A stretch of DNA of 62,889 nucleotides, filler included, from Folioceros fuciformis (Eukaryota), in NCBI GenBank assembly GCA_049999805.1. It is 11 parts of 11 records of this genome, joined end to end, with 100 filler letters (N's around TTAATTAATTAA, not from the genome) between each part and the next. Parts side by side here need not be neighbours in the genome. Positions count along the whole stretch, not along the records: positions 46,732 to 55,738 come from JBNGIO010005198.1; positions 55,839 to 61,295 come from JBNGIO010005199.1; 9 more parts are not named here. One strand, written 5' to 3'. Below are positions 48,250 to 59,930 of this stretch, in pieces; position 1 is the first letter of the stretch, and each line of letters opens with the position of its first letter. The notes under the pieces were generated by a model. That model saw only the letters and a program-made list of their open reading frames with translations. It did no database searches and was not told the DNA's origin. Both the position numbers and the translations under genes were made by a program.

Positions 48250-48692
48250 ATGCTTGTCGAGGCACTGGCAGTCGGGCGAGAAGCATGAAAGCACAGGAGT
48301 CGGGCCCCGCCGACGTTGCCACTACCAGCAAAGCCAACGGGTCAGACGTTCAGGGAAGCCAACTTGTCAGAAACAGAGTTCGACTATTGTCTTCTGTGAA
48401 AGACTGCCTCACAGTTTTCTCCACCAGTCCTGGAGATGCATCTTTGAGAGATGTCGAGGAAGGCACAAACTTCATCATAGCTTTGATGGACGCCATCGTG
48501 GAGGGCTCTGAAACAGAAGATGTCTTGAGCATTCTGACAAGCGTGATTGGCGAGGTGACGGACAAGGAGGTCCAACACAAAACCAAAGACGGGGACTATG
48601 AGAAGAAATATCAGTGTCCTGAGTTGCGCTTCACACTTACCAAAAAGCTATACTGGTCTCGACCACCCCCGACTCCTGTCATGCCTGGCTAG
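48204..48692 (+). CDS. Caspase-like (peptidase C14A-type) C-terminal half: catalytic-Cys strand, linker and p10 subunit
   Basis: LANKPKVVVINACRG ... DCLTVFSTSPGDASLRDVEEGTNFIIAL ... DVLSILTSVIGEV ... YQCPELRFTLTKKLYW. This parallels animal caspase LxGKPKLFIIQACRG / DFLxAYSTxPGxxSWR..GSWFIQ / KQxP....LTKxLYF. Confidence 0.8.
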   Translation, partial: EVRRYLANKPKVVVINACRGTGSRARSMKAQESGPADVATTSKANGSDVQGSQLVRNRVRLLSSVKDCLTVFSTSPGDASLRDVEEGTNFIIALMDAIVEGSETEDVLSILTSVIGEVTDKEVQHKTKDGDYEKKYQCPELRFTLTKKLYWSRPPPTPVMPG

Positions 48693-50499
48693 AGTGAGTA
48701 GCATGTGGCCAGGGCCTGTAATGCCTTCAATCAAGTGTGAGGTTTGCTCTTGAGCTACATGTTGTTGGTCTATTAAATATTGCCTCTGATAAGTCTTGTC
48801 ACTTCTACCTTGCCTGGCATTCTTTTCTGTTTGGCTAGAGAGACCTCTCACAGCGTCCTGATGGGGATGAACAGATGATGCCCCATGGAGGCTATGCGTA
48901 GGGAGGGAAGAACGTGCGCGCTTATACACACCCAGTTGCAGCTCTTGGTTTTCACAGGCAAGTGAGTGATCCAGATTTGCGCCCTTGTGGCTTTCACTTG
49001 CACACTGTCAGGATGTACCTTTCATCATTCCGACCAGCCGAAGCTTGGTCCCTCAGTGAACTCGCGTGTGGAGCTTCTGCCTTCAAGTCACAGTGACACC
49101 AGACAGAATCGAGGGGTAGCTCACTACTTTTGTTAACTAGATTACCTTTGCTAGCGCATCAGCTGAAGCACATGCACAGGCATAGTTTTTAATCATCCAA
49201 TCGAGGAGCAGACGTGCGCCATGTGTGCCTTCCTTCCTTTGGCCATAAGAGAAGGATCACGAAGATGAGAAACAATTAGCCGTCACAGGAGCATGGCAGC
49301 AGGACATGCCGAAGCTTCGCCCTTCTTCACCATCTGCTCCGTGTTCGGTTTGCCAAAATCGTTCTTTCGGATGATGGGCCACTCGTCTCACAATCCAGTT
49401 TCTACAGCGTTACGATGAGAAGTACAGCTTCAGCACACTTATCTCTCGTCTTTGCCTTTCAATCTAGCTTGCACCTTGCATGTCTGTGCTTCCCAGTCCC
49501 AACTCCCTGGCAAGAAGAGCTTCCAGCCATCGCTTGCTGGCAGGTTGCGGGGCCTTGGGCCAACGAGTTGCATCCTGCCGCACCTGACAGAACCTTATCA
49601 GTATTTGCACTTGAGGAATGGTAAGGTGGGAGCGAGTGCCCTCGCCAAAGGGTTTTGCGGCAGGGACCTGAACTTGCGGGAGAAGAAGGAGGGAGTTGCT
49701 TCAGCACCTGGCCAGCATTCTGGCGTCTGCTCCCGAATTCAAGAATCTGCAACAGCATGACACCAGCATGGATGTGGCCGGAGCGCATGGATTGGGATGA
49801 TCTTCCGCTCTGTTCCACGCTCCGCAAGTTTATGCGATGTTGGAACACGGCGATGCATTCTCAGGTCTCATTCCCCGCAGCCTCGGGCTGCACCCGCTCT
49901 GATGGTAACGCCTCCACGTCTGGAATCACAGAGCTTCCGTCGGCTGGATGTCTGAGAGGAGAAAGCGTACGGCGGACCTGTCGGAGGCTGGGAAGACTTT
50001 GTACATGTTTTGCATAATGTAGACATGTTGACGGTAGATAGATTTTATGTTTCCAAACACCTAGACTCGTCCTCTAGGCTTGGTTACACCATGAAGACTC
50101 TATTTGTTCCCATTAGCTGGATTTATTTATTAAATATAATTTGGTGTATTTTTATACAGAAATACAGGTTCATATTGTCTCGTTTCTAGATCAAGAAACG
50201 CATATAGTTCAATACAATATCATTTGTTCTATACAATGGTTTGAGATGGCAAATAAACATGTGGTGTTGTATTATTTGCTTTAGTGTCAGTGTGCAATCC
50301 ATTGAACCTACAACTTGTTTGCAAAGGTTATTGGACACAGTCACGATGTTGTGCACAAAGAGGCAAGATGACATAGTTTCTTTTCTGGTGTCATCCAACC
50401 TTGTCTCTTCTCTTTTATGGTAAGGTCCAGCCAAGTAACCTGATGGTTCCAAGGGTGAGGTTGTCTATCTATCAGCAACCCTCTGCTCTCCATCTCCTC

Positions 50500-51000
50500 T
50501 GAATGGCAATTGGTGTCCCCCTAAAGGTTAGGCTGTTGTGATCTGGTGTTTTTTTCAAACTTACTTGCCTATGGCGAATCAGTGGGATAGTTTGCTTATT
50601 GCAGCTCAAGAGGAATTCTACAAAATGTGTTCAATAGGTGCTCCAAACAAAAATCAACACCTATTCTTTGAGTGCGACTATGTGTAAGTGGTTTGGAGGG
50701 AGGTCGGCAAGTGGTTGCAATGTCTCTTTCCAACGGTAGCAAATGTTGTTGTTACAAAATAATCAACTCTCTTCGCAAAGTCTTAAGGAATCATTTAGCA
50801 AGTCACTATTCAAGTTCCAATGCTGGGGGCTTATTGCAGAGCTTTTGTCTCACAAGTGTATGGTTGAACTGAACGGTAGTGGTTTTTGGTGGGAAAGAAC
50901 CACTGTTAGTCTGTAAGATTTGGGAGCAAGTTTTGATTGCAGAAGAGGGAATAAAGTTAGGATTCCAGGGAAGGTCAAGTGTAGTGTAATGGAGATGGGT
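50500..51000 (+). mobile_element. Decayed LINE ORF2 3' end (zf-RVT)
   Basis: VPLKVRL (~50515) and HLFFECDYV*VVW (~50658-50696). Confidence 0.55.
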
Positions 51001-51660
51001 TGGCTTCCTCGCCCTAAGGAGGGAGGTGAGGTGGGATCACTCATGCTCTTGCAGAAGGCAATTTTTTCTTGTTGTCCTTGATTTCAAATGTCGGGTATAT
51101 AATTCCGTCATGCTACATATTGTATTGCATGTTTGTTGGTGTGTCGAACTGCTGCTTATGATACAACCTTCTCAGGTCTCCTCCTTTTCTATGCCTGTTT
51201 GGCAAGAACAACCTCTCACACGGCCTTGGTGTGGATGAAGAGATGATGAGTCATGGAGGCCATGTGTAGGGAGGGAAGATGGTGCTATGGTTGTACATAG
51301 CTGGGAGCTCTTGGTTTCAAGACGGAAGTCCAAGTTTGGGATCTTGTAGTGTTTACATTGTCTTGTATGTTAGGGTGAGAATGTATGCTTCATCTTGGCT
51401 TCCTGACCAGCCAAAAGCAACTGTGAGAGAGAATGTTCCAGCTACTTCTTTTTTTCAGGATTTTAATTTTAATTTTAATTTTTAATATTAAAAAGATAAC
51501 TAACATTACCATGAAAAAAGCCTTAAGCAGATCTATACTCGGTTGCTGAAAGGTGAGGACTCCTATAGGTGAGGACTCCTATAGCTCTAAAAGAGCTCTA
51601 AGAGTTTTCTACCAATACCTATAGGGACATCTATATTCGTTGGAAACAATCATGGATGAC

Positions 51661-52410
51661 GAGAATTCGACTCCTTCATTGTTTGAACGACATTCTCGTG
51701 GTTTCTCCACAAGTCCTGGAGGTAAATCTTGTGGTGATGTGAAGGAAGGCACAAACTTCATCATGGCTTTCATGGACGCCATCGTGGAGCACTCTATGAT
51801 AGAAGCGTGATGAACATGCTAACAAGCGTGATTCGCAAGCCCGGGGGCATGGAGGTTCCGCAAATAACCGTACAAGGATGGGAGGAAAGATTCCAGGGTC
51901 CCTAGGTCGATAGAAAGCGCCAGTGGACTTGATCATTCCATGCCCTCCATATGCCTGGCTGGCGTGTGGCGAGCTGGGGCCTGTAATGCTTTCAAGCAAA
52001 TGTTAGGTATCGTCTGCAGCGACATCCTGATTGTTTGTGGGTGACTATATGAAACTGCTTCTTAGAGCATTTTCTGTCTTCTCCCTTTCTACACATTAAT
52101 TCCTGCTTGGCCAGAGAGACCTCTCACCGCGTCCTGATGTGCATGAACAGATGATGGCTCATGGATGCTATGGGTACGGAGGAAAGAACGTGTGGGATTG
52201 CGGTTTCATACACAGGTCCAGCTCTAGGTTTGAAGAGGCTTGAAGAAGTATAGAATGGTGGTCTTCTGGTTTTCACATCTTTCGTTTTCATCTTTAGGAT
52301 GTATATTCCAGTTTCCGAGCAGCCAACTAAAGCTGGAGCAGGATGTCGCTCACTCAAATCGCATCTGGAGCTCCTTAAGAGCCTTCATGTAACAGTGACA
52401 CTAGACAAAG
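51661..52410 (+). pseudogene. Decayed duplicate of the caspase-like p10 module and its 3' flank
   Basis: RIRLLHCLNDILV, frameshift, FSTSPGGKSCGDVKEGTNFIMAFMDAIVE. DNA colinear with ~48376-49110. A third copy of the flank alone lies at ~51185-51410. Confidence 0.82.
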
Positions 52411-53984
52411 CCTGAGGCTACCACGTGCCTTCCTCGACACTTGCTTAACAGAAACAGATACGAGTGATGGTGGCTGCAGGTCACGCCTCATGAAGTGAGG
52501 ATGAGCTCTTCAAGAGTTCCGACCGTCAGGAATTTGTTTTTGATCGAACTTGGCCCACTGCTGGAAGAGTGTCGGATCGATCGTGGTACATGCTAGTCCT
52601 CGGGACTGGGAATTTAATGCCAGAACTACAGCAGAAAGGGAATAGTAGGACGGGGTTGATTGTGCAAAGCCGTGATGCAGACCAGATTTAGCCCCCGCGG
52701 CCCGGTGACGGAAATGCGTCAGGTGTATTTCGAGCCTGGCGAGCTTGCCAGTGCCACGCAAGTAATGCAGTGGAAAGCGTGCGCGTCTGACTGGCTTGGA
52801 GAACTGTCGCAGCCCTTCTGTTGCTTGTTCATGGTTTGATCTTTCGGCTTGCTTTAAGGGGGACCAAGGGCACGTCAGGCAGTGTGGGACAATTTCCTTG
52901 CGGACAGCACTACTTGCAAGGTATGGTGCTCTGGTGGCTGAGGATTAGCTGTTGAATTCGAGAGCACCGAGGCACGGACTGCCACACAGCCAAACGCGAG
53001 ACATGGTGACAACCCTATCTAACCACCCAGGTGCAATCCGAATGACTCGATGATCGGACTTGGCACGAGAACAAGACTTGGGCAACACTGCTCAGGGCAC
53101 CAAGCAGGCGGGGCAACACTTTGCGTCCAGCGGCAACAAAAGCAGACAAGACGCTAGCTCTCAGAGGAAGGGTTTTCGAGCGCGCGGTCACACTATATTC
53201 GTAAGATAGCCACTTTGCTTTGCTCACCTTTTCTTCTACCCTTTTCGGCTTTAGAGTCAAACCAGCCAACAACCGCTAGCTCGTAAAGCATTTACTGCAT
53301 TTTGAACTTAGAAAGATATTTTAAGACTACGAACTTTAAATACATATTTATTTTCTGTCATTCCTAATTTTAAATACCTACATTATATATATATATGTAT
53401 ATATCACATACAATTTTTCATTCAAAATGAATTCACGAAATTTGGCCCTTGCGCGCTTGGTCCCGACAAACCGCGTTCCCCCTGATGAGTCCAAAGGAAG
53501 GGTCACGACGATGACTGGGCTAGGAACCTTGCTGACCTGAGCTGAGGTGGGTCCTAGCGCCCACAAACCTGCAGTACCTGCCTTCCATGTAAAGGAAGAC
53601 ATCTTTGGTGCATGTGGTGTTGTAACAAGTAGGGGGTAGGGCCGACAGAATTGGAAGGAGGGTTGGAAGCAGCAGCTGAGAAAACTTTAGCCTTTGGTGT
53701 CTGTCGTGTCGTGTCGTGTCTTGTCCACGATGCTGGGCGGCCCCGTGAGTCCACAACACCTAGGTAGGTGTGCTTTGATAAAATACTGAGCGCGCACAAG
53801 TATGTATGGAGCAGGAATATCCACTGGTCACAGACACAGAAAGAAAGAGCGTGGGGAAGGGGAAAAGCCAAGCACAAGCACAAGCACGCTCACGCGTTGA
53901 TGAGTGGAGGGAGAGTGAGTGAGACCTGGCAGCTCTTTTGCCGGCTACCACACAACCCTCTCGTCTCGGACATTTAAGAGACCT

Positions 53985-54372
53985 TGTGTGGTGGTGTCCC
54001 TATCTTTACCCAGCGAGTGTGGTGTGAGGTTGTCGTCCCCTAGCCTATCCGTGTCTGGTGTTCCAATCGGGATCTTCCTCAAGTGTGTATGATGTGAGAT
54101 TGTGGTCCCCTAGCCCATCCGTGTCTGGTGTTCCAATCGGGATCTTCCTTAAGTGTGTGTCCTGTGAGATTGATGTCACCGTCCCCTAGCCTATCCTTGT
54201 GTGGTCTGCCAATCCTCCTCGAGTGTGTTATTGGGAGGTTGCTGGGTGCTGGCCTATCCTTGTCTGGTGTCCCAACCCTCCGCGCGTGTGTGCTTGTGAG
54301 TTGCCTTTCCCGTAGCCTGTCCTTGTCTGCTGTTGCAATCCTCGAGTGTGTGCTGTGAGGTTGCTGCCCCTG
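53985..54372 (+). repeat. Degenerate tandem repeat (~55-70 bp unit, ~6 copies) upstream of the LRR gene
   Basis: Recurring GTGTG..GTGAG(G/A)TTG..CCCCTAGCCTATCC.TGTCTGGTGT.CCAATC units. Confidence 0.8.
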
Positions 54373-54443
54373 CTACAAAACGGATGATACATACAATCCA
54401 TTCATCTTATTTGTTTGCATTGGGAAACGCAGCTTAGCACAGC

Positions 54444-55738
54444 ATGGCGGAGCAGGAGGACTATGACTGGCGCGAGTTGCCGGAAAAGCTGCAACAGCTG
54501 CTGGCAGGTCTGGAAGGGCACGCCTTGACCGAACTCCCCCTCTTGCACGGAGAGGAGTACGGCGGTTTCTTCAGAGAGGGAGCTGCAACGGTCAGAGATG
54601 GCAGGCACTGGCGAGTGCGCAAGCGGGTATTGACAGCTATTGGCCAGTGCCGCAGTCTCCCCGACGAGCTGGACATCTGTGACAAGTGGGGGATCGGCGT
54701 CGTTCGGGAGGATGAATGCGCGGTTCTGTTGGAGGGCTTGGCATCCAACCCTTCCCTGGAAGATCTTGAGCTTGAGCTGGCTGGGTGCTCAGGTTTTGGA
54801 AGGCTGGCGGGTTGCACGGCCCTGGGCCAGCTTATTGCTACCAGTCGCAGCTTGCGACGGCTGACGGTGCAGGATATTGGGCTTGATGCCGCTGGACTTG
54901 GTGCCCTGGTCAATGGCTTCGACCAGGATTCTGTCCTGGAGTATTTGGACCTAAGCTGCAACAGAGTGGGAGATGGTGAAGGGGCACAGCACCTGTCTCG
55001 CATGCTGGCCACCGCTCCCCGTCTCGAAGTCCTGTATCTGGCAGATATCGGCATGGATGAGGAGGGAGCCCAGTCTATTGCAAACGCTCTTCCGCACTGT
55101 GCCTCGCTCAGGGAGCTTACCTTGGAGACTGCTGGATATTGGGGTTCCGTACAGGACAGCCTGGGGCCCATGAGCATTGTGTTGAAACTGGCTTTCAGCC
55201 GTGCTGATGCTGAGGCAGATGCTCCCATATCTGGGGTCACCACGCTGACGTTGTGTGCCGAGACCAGTGAGAAGGAGGCCTGGGAGGGGTCAGCCTGGGT
55301 CGACGCGCTGGGCGGAATGTTGCGCACCAACGATTGTATCACGGAGCTTAGGATCAATTGTTGTGTTGTCACGTTCGGCATGGACGCCTGGCGCCACAAC
55401 TCCACCCTCTCCACACTTGAGTTGTCTTATTGTCACGAGCCGTTAAGTGAATTTTCGATGTCGTTTCTGGAATGCAAATCTTTACGCAAGCTGTGTTTGA
55501 CAGGAATAGAGGGGCCCTCCTTCATGAAAGCGTTGGTGCAGTCTTTGGAGCAAAATACATCTTTGAAGGAGCTCTGCTTTTCGGAGTTTTGCCAGGGACT
55601 CGACGGTGAGCTGTTCAGAGAGTTGATGCAGACCCTCCAAGTCAACACCACTTTACAGAAGATCGACATAACGGAGACAAACTGGGGGACAGAGGGAAAG
55701 CAGGCCATCATCAACGCGACGTTGGCACGCAATGTTAG
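54444..55738 (+). CDS. Ribonuclease-inhibitor-type LRR protein, TORNADO1/Roco-like N-terminus, truncated by contig end
   Basis: SLEDLEL, SLRRLTVQDIGLD, VLEYLDLSCNRVGD, RLEVLYLADIGMDEEGAQSIANAL, NTSLKELCF, NTTLQKIDI. ATG start, open to the gap. Confidence 0.82.
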
Positions 55739-55838
55739 NNNNNNNNNNNNNNNNNNNNNNNNNNNNNNNNNNNNNNNNNNNNTTAATTAATTAANNNNNN
55801 NNNNNNNNNNNNNNNNNNNNNNNNNNNNNNNNNNNNNN

Positions 55839-57309
55839 ATTTTATACGGTTTAGATACGTATTTAATATATACTGATATGTATATCGTATACGTACCCCC
55901 GTATTCCTTTTCTTTTTATTTTCCTAATTTCCCCTTTTCTATTGTCTTCCCTATTTTTATGGATTTAATCAGTCCTCCATGGCCGAGGAACCATTTCGGC
56001 TGGGAGCTGATCCTGCTGAATAAGCTACCGTTTTCAGTCCAGGTTCCGGCTGCTGATCCCACTCCTTCCCACCTCTTCTCTATCTTTCCCATTGCTCATG
56101 CTCCTCCCCTAGAGGCTGGCTCAGCCACCAAGGGTGAACAGTTGCAGGGGAAGACTTAGCGGGCGACCATCCAACAAGGAAGAGGCGGCGTCCACAGACC
56201 TTTGAAGATCAGACATCCTCCGAAGTCTCTGGATAGTCTAAGAGGTGGTAGATCCTTATGGTGGCGGGGCCAGGAGCTCATTGGTGGCAGGTTGTGCTAG
56301 AAGTCTAAATAAGTGGCTGGTGACAGCCGGCTAGGCTATTAAAATAATATTTCTCAAGTTAGAGAGAGGTGAAGTCAGAGAGAGAGAGAGAGAGGCTCCT
56401 ATAAGATCAGGTGAGCCTGTAGGAGGAGGGAGTCATTCACTTTGGGAGTCAGTCTATCTCTTCGTGAGCTCTTGGAGGTCCTCTCTTCATGAGCTCTTGT
56501 GGTCTGTCCCTGCTTGGTTTAGGACCTGCAGTGTGTTGTCGGCTGTGCAACGTCTGGTAGGATCGCAAGCCGTGTGTTGCCGGCTGTACAGTGTCTGGTA
56601 AGATCGCAGGCAGTGTGTTGCCGGCTGTACAGTGTCTGGTAGGATCGCGGGCAGCGTGTTGCCGGTTGTATAGTGTCTGGTAGGATCACAAGGTGTAAGG
56701 ACCAGGGTGAAGGGGCTTGCCCCTAGCTCTTGATTGTAAAGGGTGTGTCTTTCTCTCGACCTGTCCACTCTTGTTCCTTGCTTGGTCAAGTGTTGTAGGC
56801 CGGCCATGTTTAATGGCATCTGGTAAGGTTGTAGGGGGGAGATATCCAAGAGGGGAGTGTGTTCCCTTCTTCCTTTTGTTTGGGGTTAGTCTAGTGACTC
56901 TTGCCGGGTAGGAGGAGTCAGTAGGGAAGTGTACAAGGTAGTGGTGTCGTTGCTGGTTGCTGGTAGTTGCTAGTGTTGGTGCTGGAGTGAGAGAGTGAGT
57001 GAAGTGTGTGAGGGAAGTCGCAGATCTGAGAGGTTAGAGTCGTTGTAGTGATTGGAGTGAGTTTGTGGGCACCGAGAGAGGTGCAGCTGACCGCCGGACA
57101 GGGAGGCCTGTCCTACGCCTGATCGGAGCTGGAGGGGAGCCCTCGAATCCATCATCGAGTTGATCAAGTCCGACCCTCCATTCACAGCAGCAAGGAACCC
57201 CATCGCTCCTTCGTGGGAACGAAACCCAATGTCTCAACAACAGTGGGATAAGTGTGGCCACTAAAGGTGGAACCCGTTGGCAATCAGTGCCTGGGGTTTT
57301 GCCTCCACA
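55839..57309 (+). repeat. Long Gypsy-type LTR, copy 3, ending ...GCCTCCACA
   Basis: Homologous to 20287-21593 and 16097-16219. Ends in CA and abuts an interrupted integrase. Confidence 0.8.
56528..56691 (+). repeat. 41-bp tandem repeat x4 inside the LTR
   Basis: GCAGTGTGTTGCCGGCTGTACAGTGTCTGGTAGGATCGCAG-like units at 56528, 56569, 56610 and 56651. Confidence 0.9.
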
Positions 57310-57450
57310 CAATGGCATAACAAAATCCATTGATATACTCTTCAAAGGCCCAGTTGGAATAGGCAGGGGTTGCAACAAACCTTGCGGATTTGTCTGCTCT
57401 ACCTTATCCTGCTGACAGTCTACACAGGACTTCACATATTCTACACATAC
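57310..57450 (-). pseudogene. Gypsy integrase fragment
   Basis: YVKSCVDCQQDK...GLLQPLPIPTGPLKSISMDFV. Confidence 0.85.
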
Positions 57451-59930
57451 AGGGCAGTTCATTCTCTCTTGATTCCCTTGGAATCACAAAATGACTGGGT
57501 TCTGTCTTCCCGACACATTCAGGGCTCGACACTTTCCGACTTTCTCGCTCTCGGACTCGGCCACCTCGGCCTTCTCTTCTCAACCAGCACTCTCTCCTGC
57601 CGTCTTCTGGCTTTCTTTCTCCAACTCACTCACCTCGGCTTTCTCCTCTCTTAGGAACTGAAGGAACAATAGGGACTCCAGAGGCTAAGGGAAGATTTTT
57701 TACTTTCACTCCGATCTGGCGGATTCGGCCTCCTTCGCTCTAATCATTCTTATGCGACGGTCGCGGGGATAGTTGGGGAGCGTTTCTCCCACTCGGCGAG
57801 GTTCCTCCTTCCGATTCGTCCTCGAAACTTCAGTCACGGAGCAGCCACCACCTGCACCCACACCCTCAGAACACTACGTGTGCTCGCTTGCTTGGACCTC
57901 CCTATCCAGCAACAGCCATCGCTAGGCTTTAGCAAGGGTGGAATGTCGGGCTAGTTTTTTGCTGATTTTTCCGAGGCCCCAAATCGGCCTCTTGTACACG
58001 GTAGTGGCGGTCCCTTCCGCCATAAAGTCTGTCAGGGGTCAGTCAGCACTCTTAATTTATGAGCAGCTTAGGTTCAAGCAAAAGCAATCTAAAAAAAACT
58101 AGCCTAGACTACAATTACTATCCCCTCTCTCTTTGCCGCTGGCGCCTTCCTCCTGGCCGTTGCACTCCTCCCCTCACTGGCCCGCCCTTGGCCCTCCTAC
58201 CCAACCGTTGGTCAGGCAGGTCCTCCCAAAGGACCTCCACCTCACTGCTGCAGCTGCTGGACTTTGCTGGCGGCGGCGCATGTGGGTCCCGTCACAAGGA
58301 ATTCATGTCCTTCCTTCGTCGCCAATTGCTGAGGATGAGGACATGCTCCCGCTTAGCCCACTGCTGTGCCTCCTCCTCCGTCAATTCCTCCAGGACTGCC
58401 TTAGAATAGCAATGAGACAGTCCCCATACCCGCCAGCGGTAGTAGTAGAGGCCTTTGCGGGTCCTCGGTTGCAAGCCGTAGCCCTACGTCCCTCCTGTGC
58501 CCATGCGCATATACAAAAACAACTTCAGAAGTCGGGCTCCTTCCACATAGAGGGCCGGCACATAAGAGGCCTCCTCCTCATTCTGCAGCACAACTCGACC
58601 TTCTATCATAAAGGAGGTGCTTACCCCTTCCTCTCTTGTGCTACCTCGGGCTACTTGCCCCCTGCTCTCCTGGGGTACCTGAGGGTCCTCCATCCCTCCA
58701 GCTGCTACTTCCCCCGGCTCAATCCTCCTGGCGCAAGTCGCCCTCCTGGAGTGCCTGGGCACAGGCGCCTCCGCTAGCACCCCTTCGGCTACTGGGGTCA
58801 AGGCTTCGGCTACCGGCGTCGTTCCTCCTCTATCGGTAGCCCCTTCGGCTACCTCGGGTGTCGCAAGACTACCGGTAGCCCCTTCAACTACCGGCATGGC
58901 CACTTGACTACCGGTAGCCCCATCGGCTACTAGCACTATTGCTCAGCTACCAGCGTGGCCGTTTGACTACTCCACCTAGCCTTGCCTTTCCCCTTCACTC
59001 ATTCCCTGGCTTTGTCCCGCTCCCGTTTGCACTTGTCGGCTAGCTTCTGGACTTGTTCCACCACAGCCATCTCCTGCTCCTGAGCCCTAGCCATCTCCTG
59101 TTGCATTTCCAAATTAGTCTCATGGGCTTCCCTCACCTGAGCTAGGAGTGTCCCCTGTTGCTCCTTCAGCTCCTTTATCTCTCTGCCTTCGCCTGGCGTG
59201 CCTCTTCCTCTACTTGTGCCTTGTCCTCGCTCAGGACCCGCTACTTCTCCTCCAAGAGCCGCCATGGCGTCTCGGACTCTGCTAGCTGCCTCCAGGCTTC
59301 GGCCTCCTTCCCTCTTGCCTCTGCCTCCTTGCTCCAGGCCTCAGCCTTCCTCTCCTCCTGCATGCTCAGCCAGGTCAGCGCCCTAGCCGCCTGGTCCAGC
59401 AAGTCCACTTGTGCCTGCACCATAGCTGAGGTTAGTCCCGGCAGATCCACCTCTTGTGACTCCACAGGGGCCATTCCCCTCTTCGTTTTCTGCCTTCCCA
59501 ACAACGCTTGCAATCTCTCTAGCTCCCCTGCCTGCAGCCTATCCACCTGAGGAATTTTCCTAAAAACATCTTCCCATCCTAGGAAGACTTCCTGTTCCCG
59601 AATGTGCTCTAATTCACTCATGACCTCAGGAGGGCCTCTTCCATTTCTGGCACCTGCTCCTGAGGTGCCTTTGGTTCCTCCTTGTTTTGGTCCTGCTCCG
59701 CTGGCTCCTAGGCAGCTGCTAGTTCCTATTCAGCCTGTTCCGGGGCTGCCTCCTGTGGCGTTGATCCACTTCCTCTCTTGGTGATCTGTCCACTAGCCCA
59801 TCTCTTCTTGGCAGGAGTCTTTTTCCCTGCCCTCGCCTTCCTCTTCTGCCTGGTGGGGGTCTCTTCCTCCGAGCTATCCGCGCCGCCTAACTCCTAGCTG
59901 TCGGAGTCAGCTCCCATATGGTTTCTCACA

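Noticed and set aside
49200-50020. Short ORFs downstream of the caspase module as the missing p20 half
   Set aside because: No His-Gly caspase motif or other recognisable domain found.
54461-55414. 317-aa antisense ORF over the LRR gene
   Set aside because: Shadow ORF of a GC-rich coding strand.
56528-56691. 41-bp repeats as a CRISPR-like array
   Set aside because: Head-to-tail units without unique spacers, inside a eukaryotic LTR; no cas genes.
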